Below, one piece after another: positions 1 through 9,002 of a DNA stretch of 24,711 nucleotides. Both the position numbers and the translations under genes were made by a program. The stretch's first letter is position 1. The number at the start of each line of letters is the position of its first letter. The notes beneath the pieces are model-generated. The model had not been told where the DNA came from. It searched no databases and was given only the letters and a program-made list of their open reading frames with translations. The stretch covers positions 1 to 24,711 of the forward strand of contig JAYVCD010000434.1 of assembly GCA_043750125.1 (NCBI GenBank). Reading direction: 5' to 3'. Source of the stretch: Archangiaceae bacterium. Lineage in GTDB: Bacteria > Myxococcota > Myxococcia > Myxococcales > Myxococcaceae.

Positions 1-364
1 TACCCCCACTGGTGTCATTTACCGTCGCGCCTCGGTGGTAATCCTCACCGCCGGGGGTCGTTCTCACCAGTTCGCGACATCGGACCCCCGAGAAGGCGAA
101 GTTTGAAGACCTACCCACCCTTCAATGCCCGCAACACTGACCTGGGCGGACTTCGCGAAGATCCGAATCAGGCGGGAACATCTTCCTGACGTTGCCGAGG
201 CGCCGTGGCCGACCTTGATAAGCGCCAGATCCTCCCCACCCGACGACGACGATTTTCGCACGCAAACGCTTTGAGCACCGGGTGTTCGCCGCGGGCACAG
301 CGAGTCGCGCCCGAAGCCTGACTTGTCGCGCGGACCCGGTTGGTTATGGTCCGACGTTTCCAAG

Positions 365-1618
365 ATGGCCCGCCGACTCGTCACCCGCCGACAGCTGATT
401 CTTCTCGCATCCGGGGGGGCACTTCTGGGCGGCGCGCGCTTCGGCCAGCGGCGGTTGTCGAGAGCCGCCTCACCGTCGGGACCGTTGTCCGACGGAGCTC
501 GCGCGTTGATTGCCCGCGCCTGGGTCGGCCTCAACCCGGCGCGGGTGCTCGACGTCCACGTGCACGTTCTGGGCACCGGCACCGGAGGCACCGGCTGCTT
601 CATCGGCCCGCGCATGAGCAGCCTCTTGCGCCCGATCGATTACCTCAAGTTCTCGATGTACGAGCAGGCGTCCGGAATTTCCGACAGCGCGCACACCGAC
701 GCGCAGTACATCGACCGATTGGTGGGGCTGATCAAGAGCCAGAGTCCGCACGGGCGCGCGCTGCTCTTCGCGTTCGACAAGCTGCACGATGCCGAGGGCA
801 ACGCGGACATTCAGAGCTCCGAGTTCTTCACACCCAACGCCTACGTCCTCGAGCTCGCCGCGAAGTACCCGGACCTCTTCGTCCCCTGCGCCTCGGTGCA
901 CCCGTACCGTCCCGACGCGGTCCACGCCCTGACCGCGGCGGTCGAAGGCGGCGCAGTGGCGGTGAAGTGGCTGCCCAACGCGATGAACATCGACCCCTCG
1001 AGCCCGAAGTGCGACCCCTTCTACGCGGCGATGAAGTCGTTGAAGGTGCCCTTGATTTCCCACGCGGGCGAAGAGAAGGCGGTGCACGCCGAAGAGCGAC
1101 AGCGGCTGGGCAACCCGCTGCTCCTGCGCCGGCCGCTCGAGCAGGGAGTCAAAGTGGTGGTCGCCCACTGCGCGTCGCTGGGGCAGAACCCGGACCTCGA
1201 CGCGCCCGAGGCCAACCGCCCGTGGGTCGACAATTTCGACCTCTTCACCCGCTTGATGGCCGAGCGTCGGTGGGAAGGACTGTTGTTCGGAGAAGTCTCA
1301 GCGATGACCATCGTCAACCGCATCGGCAAGCCGCTCGAACGCGTGCTGCGCGACAAGGTGTTGCAGCAGCGGCTGATGAATGGCTCGGACTACCCGCTGC
1401 CCGCGCTGAACGTGCTGATGCAGACGGGGGCGGTCGAGAAGGAAGGGCTGATCACCGCCGACGAACGCGTCTTGCTCAACGAAATAGATCAGCATGATTC
1501 GCTGCTGATGGACTTCGTGATGAAGCGAACTCTGCGGGTGCGAGAGAACGGGGTCGAGCATCGACTCGCCGACGACGTCTTCACCCTGCGCACAGACGTC
1601 TTCGAACGCCTGACCTAG
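365..1618 (+). CDS. Amidohydrolase family protein (Amidohydro_2-like TIM barrel) with probable Tat signal
   Basis: Motifs DVHVH (HxH), SVHPY, KWLPN, ISHAG, VVAHCAS and NGSDYP match the amidohydrolase metal-ligand pattern. The N-terminus MARRLVTRRQLILLASGGALLGG is twin-arginine-like. ATG at 365 preferred over TTG at 323. Confidence 0.88.
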   Translation: MARRLVTRRQLILLASGGALLGGARFGQRRLSRAASPSGPLSDGARALIARAWVGLNPARVLDVHVHVLGTGTGGTGCFIGPRMSSLLRPIDYLKFSMYEQASGISDSAHTDAQYIDRLVGLIKSQSPHGRALLFAFDKLHDAEGNADIQSSEFFTPNAYVLELAAKYPDLFVPCASVHPYRPDAVHALTAAVEGGAVAVKWLPNAMNIDPSSPKCDPFYAAMKSLKVPLISHAGEEKAVHAEERQRLGNPLLLRRPLEQGVKVVVAHCASLGQNPDLDAPEANRPWVDNFDLFTRLMAERRWEGLLFGEVSAMTIVNRIGKPLERVLRDKVLQQRLMNGSDYPLPALNVLMQTGAVEKEGLITADERVLLNEIDQHDSLLMDFVMKRTLRVRENGVEHRLADDVFTLRTDVFERLT

Positions 1619-2007
1619 ACCGGGCAGACCTTCGCCAGCCGCCGATTCTTCCAATGCGCGGTGAGCATCAACGCCGCACCACTCATCGTCATCGCCGTCT
1701 CGGCGCGAAAGCTGTCGTGAAAAAAGGTGACCCCCGTCGCCAGCAGCGCCACTCCGCCCAGGGCGAGCAGCAGCACCGCGGCATTGCGGTGGTACCGGTA
1801 GCCGGGAATGAACGCCCACGCCGCAGTCGCCACCACGCCCACCAACAACAGCGGGTGCCAGCTGCCCATGAACCCCGCCAGCGCGGGGGCCAGCATCAAC
1901 ACCAGCGGAGTGGCGATGCAGTGCACGAGGCAAATCAGCGAGAGCGCCTGGCCCCACAGGTCTCCCCGGGTCGAAGGGTGCGGGTGGGGGTGAGCGTGCG
2001 CTTCCAT
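1615..2007 (-). CDS. MerC-domain membrane protein (putative metal transporter) with His-rich N-terminus
   Basis: C-terminal 130 aa of the 1615..3024 ORF. DLWGQALSLICLVHCIATPLV (CxxHC), four hydrophobic segments, GYRYHR and a C-terminal AHWKN are typical of MerC-domain proteins. N-terminus is MEAHAHPHPHP. Its stop overlaps the amidohydrolase stop (CTAG, 1615-1618). Confidence 0.85.
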   Translation of the reverse strand: MEAHAHPHPHPSTRGDLWGQALSLICLVHCIATPLVLMLAPALAGFMGSWHPLLLVGVVATAAWAFIPGYRYHRNAAVLLLALGGVALLATGVTFFHDSFRAETAMTMSGAALMLTAHWKNRRLAKVCPV

Positions 2008-2056
2008 CTTCAAACCTGTAGCTAGAACCAAGCCGGCCGATATGCAAGCCAGCGAC

Positions 2057-2077
2057 AACTGCAACAGCATTGCAATT
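2057..2077. promoter_or_regulatory. Inverted repeat AAcTGCAA-N5-TTGCAaTT, candidate Fur-family (Zur/Nur/Mur-like) operator
   Basis: AT-rich dyad with TGCAA (2060-2064), cagca, TTGCA (2070-2074), lying 50-70 bp upstream of the MerC-domain gene. Confidence 0.55.
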
Positions 2078-5000
2078 AGGGTTTCTTGTCCACTTTTTCC
2101 AGCAGCAGGTCGCGGCCTTGAACCAGGTCGACTTCGCCGGCAAACCGCGCGAACAGCTCGTAGTCCTTGGGGGGAATCCGGGACATCGACAGCTGGTAGT
2201 CCTCTTCGAGAACCAACGACGGGCCGACCTGCTTCTCGCGGCGAACGTACGAGCCGTAGGGACAGCTGCTCTTCACTTCCGGCAGCGCTCCGCTGAGCTT
2301 CCAGCCGGCCGGCAGCTTCATCGTGGCCACGGTGTGGCTGGCTTCGGTCCCGTCGATGAACAGCGGGGTGCGGCGGGTGCTCAGCTGCAAGAAGCGGCGG
2401 CCGAGCAGCATCGGAAAGGTCGCTCCCTGCAGCACCAGCTTCCCCTCGCCTTCGGGGCGGGCAAACCGCGGGGCGGTGAAGGTGTAGCGAACGACGACCG
2501 GCGCTCCGACGGTGCGCTTGAAGTCCAGCTCGAGCTTCGAGAGGTCGGCGCCTCCGAAATACCGCGACAGCGCGCTCTGCAGCGCCTGCTCGCGTTGGTC
2601 GGGCGCAATGCTGTCGAGCGCCTCGGCCAGCTGGGCGGCTTCGAACCCCTGGTACGACTCGACGCCACTGCCCGACAGCTTCCCGTCGGCGGTCAGCTCG
2701 AGCTTCAGCGATACGTCCTTGCCTGGCCGCTTCGACCGCGGGGGCGTCTGCTCTTTCTTCACCGGCTTTCCCGGCTCGGGCAGCAGGTACGCCTCGCGGC
2801 TGGCCGCGACTTCGGGCAGCTCGCCAAAAGGCGCATAGCGAATCAGCGGGTCCATCCACACCGCTCGTTCCACGCCTGCTTCCTTCACCCTCACCTTCAG
2901 GCACAGGTACGGCAGCAGCTGCTCGGAAGGAAAGAGGTACGGGGCCGGGTCCGCGGTGAAGGTCCGCACCACCGCCAACCGGGTGTCGAACCCCATCGCC
3001 TTGAGCGACGCGTACAACAGCCACAGCCGACTGCCGCGGTCCTGCGCGACCGACGTGGCGGCCGACACACTCAGGCCCGCATCACGCCCCGACAACTTGT
3101 CCATCACCGCCGCGTACAGCGCCTGCACCTGCGCCAGGCCGGTGGTGCCTTTCGACGCTTCGCGCGCAAAGGCTTCGACCTCGGCGGTCACCTGCCCCTT
3201 GTCGAGAAAGGCATCGGCATAGGCCGCGACCAGCCCGTCATTGCCGGTCGCCCCGGCGCCCACGCTGACGAAGGGAAGAAACTCGTTTCCCGACGGCGGC
3301 CCCTGCGGCTCGGGAATGTACGGAGTGACCCGCCGCTCTTCGTGGGTGAAGACCTCTTCGTTGCCTTCCACCCGCGGAGCCGGCGCCTTCATGTTGTGGG
3401 CGTCGACCTTCATTCCCGTGCCCGGGTCGGCTACCACCGCGTACGTCGACCAGTTGTTGGGCTGACGGGCGATCTGAAAATAAAAGCTCGACGCGGTGAA
3501 CCCTGGCTGGGTCGGGCCGCGCGGAGGGTGGGCGAGCAGATACTCGTACTCGACGAAGTCGCCGACCTGCACCCCCGGCAGACTGACGGTGTCCTTCCCC
3601 TCGAAGCTCTCGGGCTCGAGCACCCGGCCATCGGCCTTCAGCGTGCGCAGCTTGAGCACCAGCGCCCCGGTGGGAAGGTTCACCTCGGCGACTTCCGAGA
3701 CCCCGCTTTGGTCCAGCGCCTTTTGAATGATGTGAATCCGGTCGACCTGGGTCCCATCGGGGTACACCCGCACCGCCGCCGCATCGAGGATGTACGCGGC
3801 GGGAACGTCTTCGACGCCCGGAGCTGCCTCGTAGGCCTTGAGCGCTTCCTCGGTCGAAATCGCCCGCGATTGGAGCAGCTCTTTTCCGCTCTTCGCCCGC
3901 TCGACCATTCGGCGCAGCGGTAGATCCGTTCCATCGCGCAGCAGCGCCTGCTGCCGGGCTTCCAGCGCCAGCGGCAGGTTGCCCGCGTACTCGTAGACAT
4001 CGGCCAACTGCTTGAGCACCACCGCGCTGCGCGGCCACTGCCCCGCCAAACCCTTGAGCAGCGCCGCCGCTTCGTCGTAGCGCCGCAGCGAAACCCAGGC
4101 GTTGGCCAGCAAGGTCCCCACTCCGACCTGGCCTGGATCCCGCTCGAGCATCGCCTCGTAGACCTTCGCCGCCAGCTCGAGCTTGCCCCGGGCCTTGAGC
4201 GCGTCGGCCTCACGGCTGAGCGCTCCGGGGCAGGCGCGAAGCCCGACCAACAGCGCATCTGCTTCCTTCGCAGCGTCGCGGCGCCGGGCCACGTCGTAGC
4301 GCAGGCTCAGCGCCTCGCAGTCGCCCGGCCGCTGGGCCTCGGCCGCCAACGCCGTGGCCACCGCCTGCGCGTCGACCCCCAACCCCAGCTCGACCCGGGC
4401 CTGCAGCTCGAGCACCGTCGCCCCCACCGGGCTGTGCGCCGCGCGCGCGGTCTTCAAGATTTCTAGAGCGTCGAGGTGTCGGCCGTCGTCCAGCGCGAGC
4501 AGCGCCGAGAGCAGGTGGGCCTGGACGAGCCCGGGGTCCTTGACCACTGCCGCTTCGAGATCTCGCGTCGCGCGGCCGCGGGCCACTTTGATCGGCACGG
4601 TGCGGTCGGCCAGCTGGAGCTCGGCCTTGAGCATCGAAAACATCGCTCCGTTGTCGGCGGCGGGCAGGGTGGCGATCAGCCGCTTGGCCCCATCGCGATC
4701 GCGGTTCATTCCATCGCGCGCGGCCACGAACGACGCCAGCGTTCCTCCCACTTCATCCACCAGCGCGGCGTGCACTTCGGCCGCCGAGCTGAACAGCCCG
4801 CGCGGATTCGAAATGAAGCTCACCGACCTGTCGTTCCAGCTGTGGGCCGGCCCCTTCGAAGGTCGAAACGTCAGCCCGGCGGGCTTTCCGTCCAGCCGCA
4901 TCACCTGCAGGTTCAGCTGGCCCTGCTGCTCGTCGCGCGACATCCGCACCATCAATCGGTGGGGCCCTGCCGACAGCTCGACCGCGCGCGAAGTCAGCGT

Positions 5001-5864
5001 CGGCGCCGGAGCCGCCCAGGTGAAGCGAGAAAAAAGTGCGGTCCCATCGAGGGTCGCCGCGTGGTCCATCGCCGTGACCGTGCGCACCACGTACTCGCCA
5101 GGTTGGGTCAGCTCGAAGTCCACCGCCATCACGTAGAGGTCGCCCGGCGCGGGCTCTGGAGACAGCGACAGCCTTCCGTCGGGGAAGCTCAGGCGGCGCA
5201 GCTGCCCGTTGAGCGGATCCGCCAACACCTGACCTTCGACCAGGCCGGTCTTCTCGAGTGGGGTCAGGTCCGCCAGCGCGAGGGTGTGAAAGGCCGACAG
5301 CGGCCCGACCCACGCGCACGAGGTCGGCGCGCCCATGTCCTTCAGTGTCGCGCCCTGCTCGAGAAGCTGGGCGCGGGTGAGCTGAATGTTCGCGACCGCG
5401 CTTCGCAGCAGCTGGGCGGCGTCGGCTTCGAGCCCGGCTGCGAGCAGCGCCGGCGAGCGGGACAGAATCAAATCATCGGTTCCACTCGCGGTACCCGAGA
5501 GGTCGAAGACCAGTCGCGCCGAGACGGCCGCCAACGGGTGCCGGGGGGCGCGCTCACAAAGGTCGAGCGCCGCGGTCAGTACCCGCTCGGGGTGGGCCAC
5601 CCGGTGGGCGAGGACCTGCTGGCCATAGAGCGCCCACGGGTCGCGCGGGTCGGCCGCCACTGCGCTGTCGAGAAACTTCTGCCCCTTCGCGGCGTCGGAA
5701 TCGACGAGCAGGGCGTAAAAGCCTGCCAGGGCCAGCGTTCGCGCCGAGGCATTGGGCAGCAGCGCGTCCTTCGAAGCGGTCTGAAGGATCTGGGTGGACG
5801 AGGGGACCTGGGGGATGCACCCCGAGGCGACGAGCAGAAGAGCGAGCAGCGCACAAAGCTTCAC
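2076..5864 (-). CDS. Large lipoprotein with TPR repeats, DUF3857-like and transglutaminase-like domains
   Basis: Lipobox MKLCALLALLLVASG-C; extensive Ala/Leu-rich TPR-like helices; DUF3857-type signature (LRTLKADGRVLEPE...SLPGVQVGDFVEYEY); transglutaminase-core-like segment (LLYASLKAMGFDTRLAVVR...WMDP); DUF3858-like C-terminus (MKLPAGWKL...PYGSYVR). Confidence 0.85.
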   Translation of the reverse strand: MKLCALLALLLVASGCIPQVPSSTQILQTASKDALLPNASARTLALAGFYALLVDSDAAKGQKFLDSAVAADPRDPWALYGQQVLAHRVAHPERVLTAALDLCERAPRHPLAAVSARLVFDLSGTASGTDDLILSRSPALLAAGLEADAAQLLRSAVANIQLTRAQLLEQGATLKDMGAPTSCAWVGPLSAFHTLALADLTPLEKTGLVEGQVLADPLNGQLRRLSFPDGRLSLSPEPAPGDLYVMAVDFELTQPGEYVVRTVTAMDHAATLDGTALFSRFTWAAPAPTLTSRAVELSAGPHRLMVRMSRDEQQGQLNLQVMRLDGKPAGLTFRPSKGPAHSWNDRSVSFISNPRGLFSSAAEVHAALVDEVGGTLASFVAARDGMNRDRDGAKRLIATLPAADNGAMFSMLKAELQLADRTVPIKVARGRATRDLEAAVVKDPGLVQAHLLSALLALDDGRHLDALEILKTARAAHSPVGATVLELQARVELGLGVDAQAVATALAAEAQRPGDCEALSLRYDVARRRDAAKEADALLVGLRACPGALSREADALKARGKLELAAKVYEAMLERDPGQVGVGTLLANAWVSLRRYDEAAALLKGLAGQWPRSAVVLKQLADVYEYAGNLPLALEARQQALLRDGTDLPLRRMVERAKSGKELLQSRAISTEEALKAYEAAPGVEDVPAAYILDAAAVRVYPDGTQVDRIHIIQKALDQSGVSEVAEVNLPTGALVLKLRTLKADGRVLEPESFEGKDTVSLPGVQVGDFVEYEYLLAHPPRGPTQPGFTASSFYFQIARQPNNWSTYAVVADPGTGMKVDAHNMKAPAPRVEGNEEVFTHEERRVTPYIPEPQGPPSGNEFLPFVSVGAGATGNDGLVAAYADAFLDKGQVTAEVEAFAREASKGTTGLAQVQALYAAVMDKLSGRDAGLSVSAATSVAQDRGSRLWLLYASLKAMGFDTRLAVVRTFTADPAPYLFPSEQLLPYLCLKVRVKEAGVERAVWMDPLIRYAPFGELPEVAASREAYLLPEPGKPVKKEQTPPRSKRPGKDVSLKLELTADGKLSGSGVESYQGFEAAQLAEALDSIAPDQREQALQSALSRYFGGADLSKLELDFKRTVGAPVVVRYTFTAPRFARPEGEGKLVLQGATFPMLLGRRFLQLSTRRTPLFIDGTEASHTVATMKLPAGWKLSGALPEVKSSCPYGSYVRREKQVGPSLVLEEDYQLSMSRIPPKDYELFARFAGEVDLVQGRDLLLEKVDKKP

Positions 5865-5901
5865 CCCGCCGCGTATAGCAGTGGGGTTTTTGCGCGGGTG
5901 A

Positions 5902-7050
5902 CTATCGTTGCTGCAGCGCTCGCTCGAGCCGCGCCCGCTCGGCCTGGACGTTGTCGAGCAATCGCCGCACTTCGTCGCGCTGCTCGAGCGTCAGCTGCAG
6001 CTCGCGCGACAGCTCTTCGTATTTGCGTTCGACGTAGCTGCGTTCCTGCCCGCTGACTTCGACCTGCAGCTGCAGCGGCGCCAACTGTTTTTCGAGCGCC
6101 ACCCGCTGAAGGTCCCACTGCTCTTCGGCGGCGGCGAGAGCCTCTTCGCGCTCGATCAGCTCTTTGGCGTGCTGCTCTGCGGCGGCCATCGTGGCGGACT
6201 CGAGCTCGACCACCCGGGCCTTCGCTTCTTCCAGGGCCGCCTCGAGCTCGCGGGTCTTCTGCTTCTCGCTCAAGAACTTCTGGGCCATCGCCTGGTGCTT
6301 GTCTTTCTCGAGCTGCAGCGCGGCCGTCGCTTCGATCACCTGCTGCTGGTCTCGCGCTGACTGCAAGGCGTGCTTGTCCTCGAGGTTCTGCAGCTTCGCG
6401 TCCTCGAGCTGGCGGTCGGTCTTTCGCGCCGCTTCCATCGCTTCGATTCGCGTCAGCGCGGTGTCGCGCTCGGCCAGCGCGGTCGCCAGCGACTCGGTGT
6501 GCTCGGCGACCCGCTGTTGTTCATTGGCCAGCTCGCCCTGGCACTCTTCGAGCGTCTCGCGAGCCTGCTGCGCCGCTTCGCGCACCAGGGCCAGTTGCTG
6601 CTCGGCCCCGACCTCGGCTCGCTGCAGCTCTTCCTCGTGCTCGGCGCGCGACTTCATGTGCGCGGCCTTTTCTGCTTCCAAAGCGGTCCGGCTCTGGCTG
6701 TGGGCGTGGGTCTCGCGCTCGAGCGCCGATTTGATTTCCCGCTGCGCCGCCACCTCGTTGACCAGGTCTCCGCGCGAGTTCTGCAGCTCGCCGCGGGTCT
6801 GCTCGAGGGTGACCGTGGTCTGTTGGTAGAGGGCCTGAAGCTCTTCGAGCTGCTGGCGCACCTGGGGGTGTTGCCCCCCGACGGTCCGTTCCTGGGCGGA
6901 CGAGGCTTCGGCCTCTTCGCGCCGCTTGCGTTCGGCGATCAGCTCTTTTTGAACGCGGGCGGCATCTTCACGCGTGCCCTTGAGCTCGTCCGCCGCTCGC
7001 TTGAGCAACTCCAACAACTGCTCGCTCGAAGGCCCCGCCACTTTCGCCAT
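5902..7050 (-). CDS. Long coiled-coil protein, function unknown
   Basis: 382 aa, E/Q/A/L/R/K-rich heptad-like sequence throughout, no signal peptide or TM segment; starts 15 bp downstream of the kinase stop. Confidence 0.8.
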   Translation of the reverse strand: MAKVAGPSSEQLLELLKRAADELKGTREDAARVQKELIAERKRREEAEASSAQERTVGGQHPQVRQQLEELQALYQQTTVTLEQTRGELQNSRGDLVNEVAAQREIKSALERETHAHSQSRTALEAEKAAHMKSRAEHEEELQRAEVGAEQQLALVREAAQQARETLEECQGELANEQQRVAEHTESLATALAERDTALTRIEAMEAARKTDRQLEDAKLQNLEDKHALQSARDQQQVIEATAALQLEKDKHQAMAQKFLSEKQKTRELEAALEEAKARVVELESATMAAAEQHAKELIEREEALAAAEEQWDLQRVALEKQLAPLQLQVEVSGQERSYVERKYEELSRELQLTLEQRDEVRRLLDNVQAERARLERALQQR

Positions 7051-7065
7051 ACCTGAAGGCAGGTT

Positions 7066-8898
7066 CTACCGCTTCTTGGTCCACCCCGGCTGCTTCTTCG
7101 ACACCGGAGCGCGGTAGGGCGCGGGCTGCTTCTTGGTCGCCGGCGGGGGAGCGCGGACGATCGGTCGATCTGGAATGGGAGGCGTCTGCTCGATCAGCAC
7201 CTGCATCGGTACCACCACCTGGGGCAGCTTGAGGCCTTCGATCAGCACGTCCCGGAAAGCGCAGCTGCCCTCGAGGCAGCCGACCGCCGCCCGCAACGGC
7301 TCGCCGAACAACGTCTTCCAGCCCTTGCCCAGCACCAGCTTCTCACCCAGCGGGCGCTGATCTCTTCCCGTGCCGACCAGGGCCGACAGGTCGCCGGTAG
7401 TGGGGTCCACCCGCAGCTCGAGGTGGGTGGCCAACAACCCCGCCGGCAGCGGAGCCGTCATCGCCCCCCGCTTGTTTCCCCCCAGCATCCATTCCAGCGA
7501 AGGCTCGGCCCCGGTTCCCGAAACGACCAGCGCCACGTAACGCCCGGCCTCGCCCACCAGCAGCAGCGCGCTTCGGGAATCCGCGCGGGGCCCGAAGAAG
7601 AGCTTTCGCACCCCCTCGAACGGTCCCCGCGACATCGGCTGAGTCTGAACGTCGGCCGAGAACGCCAGCCCGTCGACCGAGACCGCCGCGTCGATCACCG
7701 TGCGGCCAGTGGGCAGGTCGTCGTCATCAACGTAGAGAATCGACCCCTTCTCGAGCTTCGGTTTGCGGCCCAACGCCATCATCGAAATGGTGTCCGGCCC
7801 CTCGCCCAACGTCACCCGGTGGGCGAGGCGATCGAGCCGCCCCGGAGTGTTGAGCGGAACGCTGATCCCCGAGTCGGTGGTCAGCTCGATTCCTGCGGGG
7901 AGGCGATTGGCCGCGGTGCGACCGCGCAGCATCGTGGTGCCGATCACCGCCAGCGCACCCACCACCACGGTGAGCTCGACCACCTTCATCACGTTGCGGC
8001 CCAGCTGCCGCAGCTTCCGCAACGCCCGCTGAGCAGGCGAGGTGCGCGAAGTGCCGATCATCGAGGAGACCGGCACCAGCGGCTCGAGCGCGATCAGCAG
8101 CTCGTTCACCGACTGGTAGCGGTCTGCCGGCAACGGCCTCAAGCACCGACTGACGATCGCGTCGAGCCGCTTGTCGAGCGCCGGCTTCTTCACGCTCGGA
8201 GGGTCGAAGTTCCCCTTCGGGGTATCGCCCACCATCAACTCGTAGAGCAGAATTCCGAGCGAATAGATGTCGGCCCGGTGGTCCGCGGTGCGCGCATCGA
8301 CCTGCTGCTCGGGCGCCATGTACGCGGCGGTCCCCATCGCGACGTGGGTCTGGGTCAGGTTTCGTAACCCGCCCTTGTCCGCGCGCTCATCGAGCCCGGC
8401 GAGGCCGAAGTCGGTCACCTTTGCGATTCCCCCCGCCTGGTCGTCGAAGAGAATGTTCTCGGGCTTGAGGTCGCGGTGGATGACGCCGCGGTTGTGGGCG
8501 TAGTCGATCGCCCGGCAGACCTGCTCGAACATCTTCAGCGCCTGGCCCGGCATGAACAGCGGGTTGCGCATCTGCTCGCGCAGCGACGGCCCGTCGACGA
8601 ACTCCATCACCAGGTAATAGGTGGTGTCGGTCTTTCCCTTGTCGACGATCGAAACGATGTTCGGGTGGCGCAGAGCAGCGAGCGCGGCTCCTTCTTTCTC
8701 GAACCGCGCGACGAACGAAGCGTCCTTCGCCAGCTCGGCGTTGAGCAGCTTGACCGCCACCTGCCGGCCCAACGACAGCTGCACCCCTTCGTGGACCTCG
8801 CCCATTCCCCCTCGCCCCACCACCTTCTCGAGGCGGTAGCCGGGGATGAAGTCCGGGGTCCGGGCGCGGCTGACAGAGGTCGGTTCGAGGGGAGCCAT
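7066..8898 (-). CDS. Membrane-anchored Hanks-type Ser/Thr protein kinase with C-terminal extracytoplasmic domain
   Basis: Intact GRGGMG, VAVK, HPNIV, HRDLKPEN, DFG, YMAPE and DIYSLG motifs; one TM segment (VVELTVVVGALAVIGTTML); beta-rich C-terminal domain and Pro/Lys-rich tail. Confidence 0.95.
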   Translation of the reverse strand: MAPLEPTSVSRARTPDFIPGYRLEKVVGRGGMGEVHEGVQLSLGRQVAVKLLNAELAKDASFVARFEKEGAALAALRHPNIVSIVDKGKTDTTYYLVMEFVDGPSLREQMRNPLFMPGQALKMFEQVCRAIDYAHNRGVIHRDLKPENILFDDQAGGIAKVTDFGLAGLDERADKGGLRNLTQTHVAMGTAAYMAPEQQVDARTADHRADIYSLGILLYELMVGDTPKGNFDPPSVKKPALDKRLDAIVSRCLRPLPADRYQSVNELLIALEPLVPVSSMIGTSRTSPAQRALRKLRQLGRNVMKVVELTVVVGALAVIGTTMLRGRTAANRLPAGIELTTDSGISVPLNTPGRLDRLAHRVTLGEGPDTISMMALGRKPKLEKGSILYVDDDDLPTGRTVIDAAVSVDGLAFSADVQTQPMSRGPFEGVRKLFFGPRADSRSALLLVGEAGRYVALVVSGTGAEPSLEWMLGGNKRGAMTAPLPAGLLATHLELRVDPTTGDLSALVGTGRDQRPLGEKLVLGKGWKTLFGEPLRAAVGCLEGSCAFRDVLIEGLKLPQVVVPMQVLIEQTPPIPDRPIVRAPPPATKKQPAPYRAPVSKKQPGWTKKR

Positions 8899-9002
8899 CG
8901 GGAGGAAAAAATGCCAGCCGAGTATGCCGGGACCCCGTGGTCGGTGGGTGTGGGCAATGAGGTCGGGGCTGAAATTCTTCTCCCCGGCCTTTCGAGGTCG
9001 GC

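Noticed and set aside
125..175. MPATLTWADFAKIRIR resembles the start of CsaA/tRNA-binding proteins
   Set aside because: Similarity is short and does not continue into the OB-fold sequence; probably chance.
340..1497. 385-aa alternative-frame ORF and other long overlapping ORFs (e.g. 2070..3923, 4476..6056, 14427..15575, 17062..18516, 19764..21092, 22919..24667)
   Set aside because: Arg/Pro/Gly-rich or antisense shadows of well-supported genes, expected in high-GC DNA; no recognisable motifs.
1615..2007. Mercury-resistance locus
   Set aside because: No merR, merA, merT or merP and no transposon context in the window.
2008..3024. N-terminal extension of the 469-aa ORF containing the MerC domain
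   Set aside because: Overlaps the TPR lipoprotein gene out of frame and reads as low-complexity shadow sequence; only 1615..2007 looks coding.
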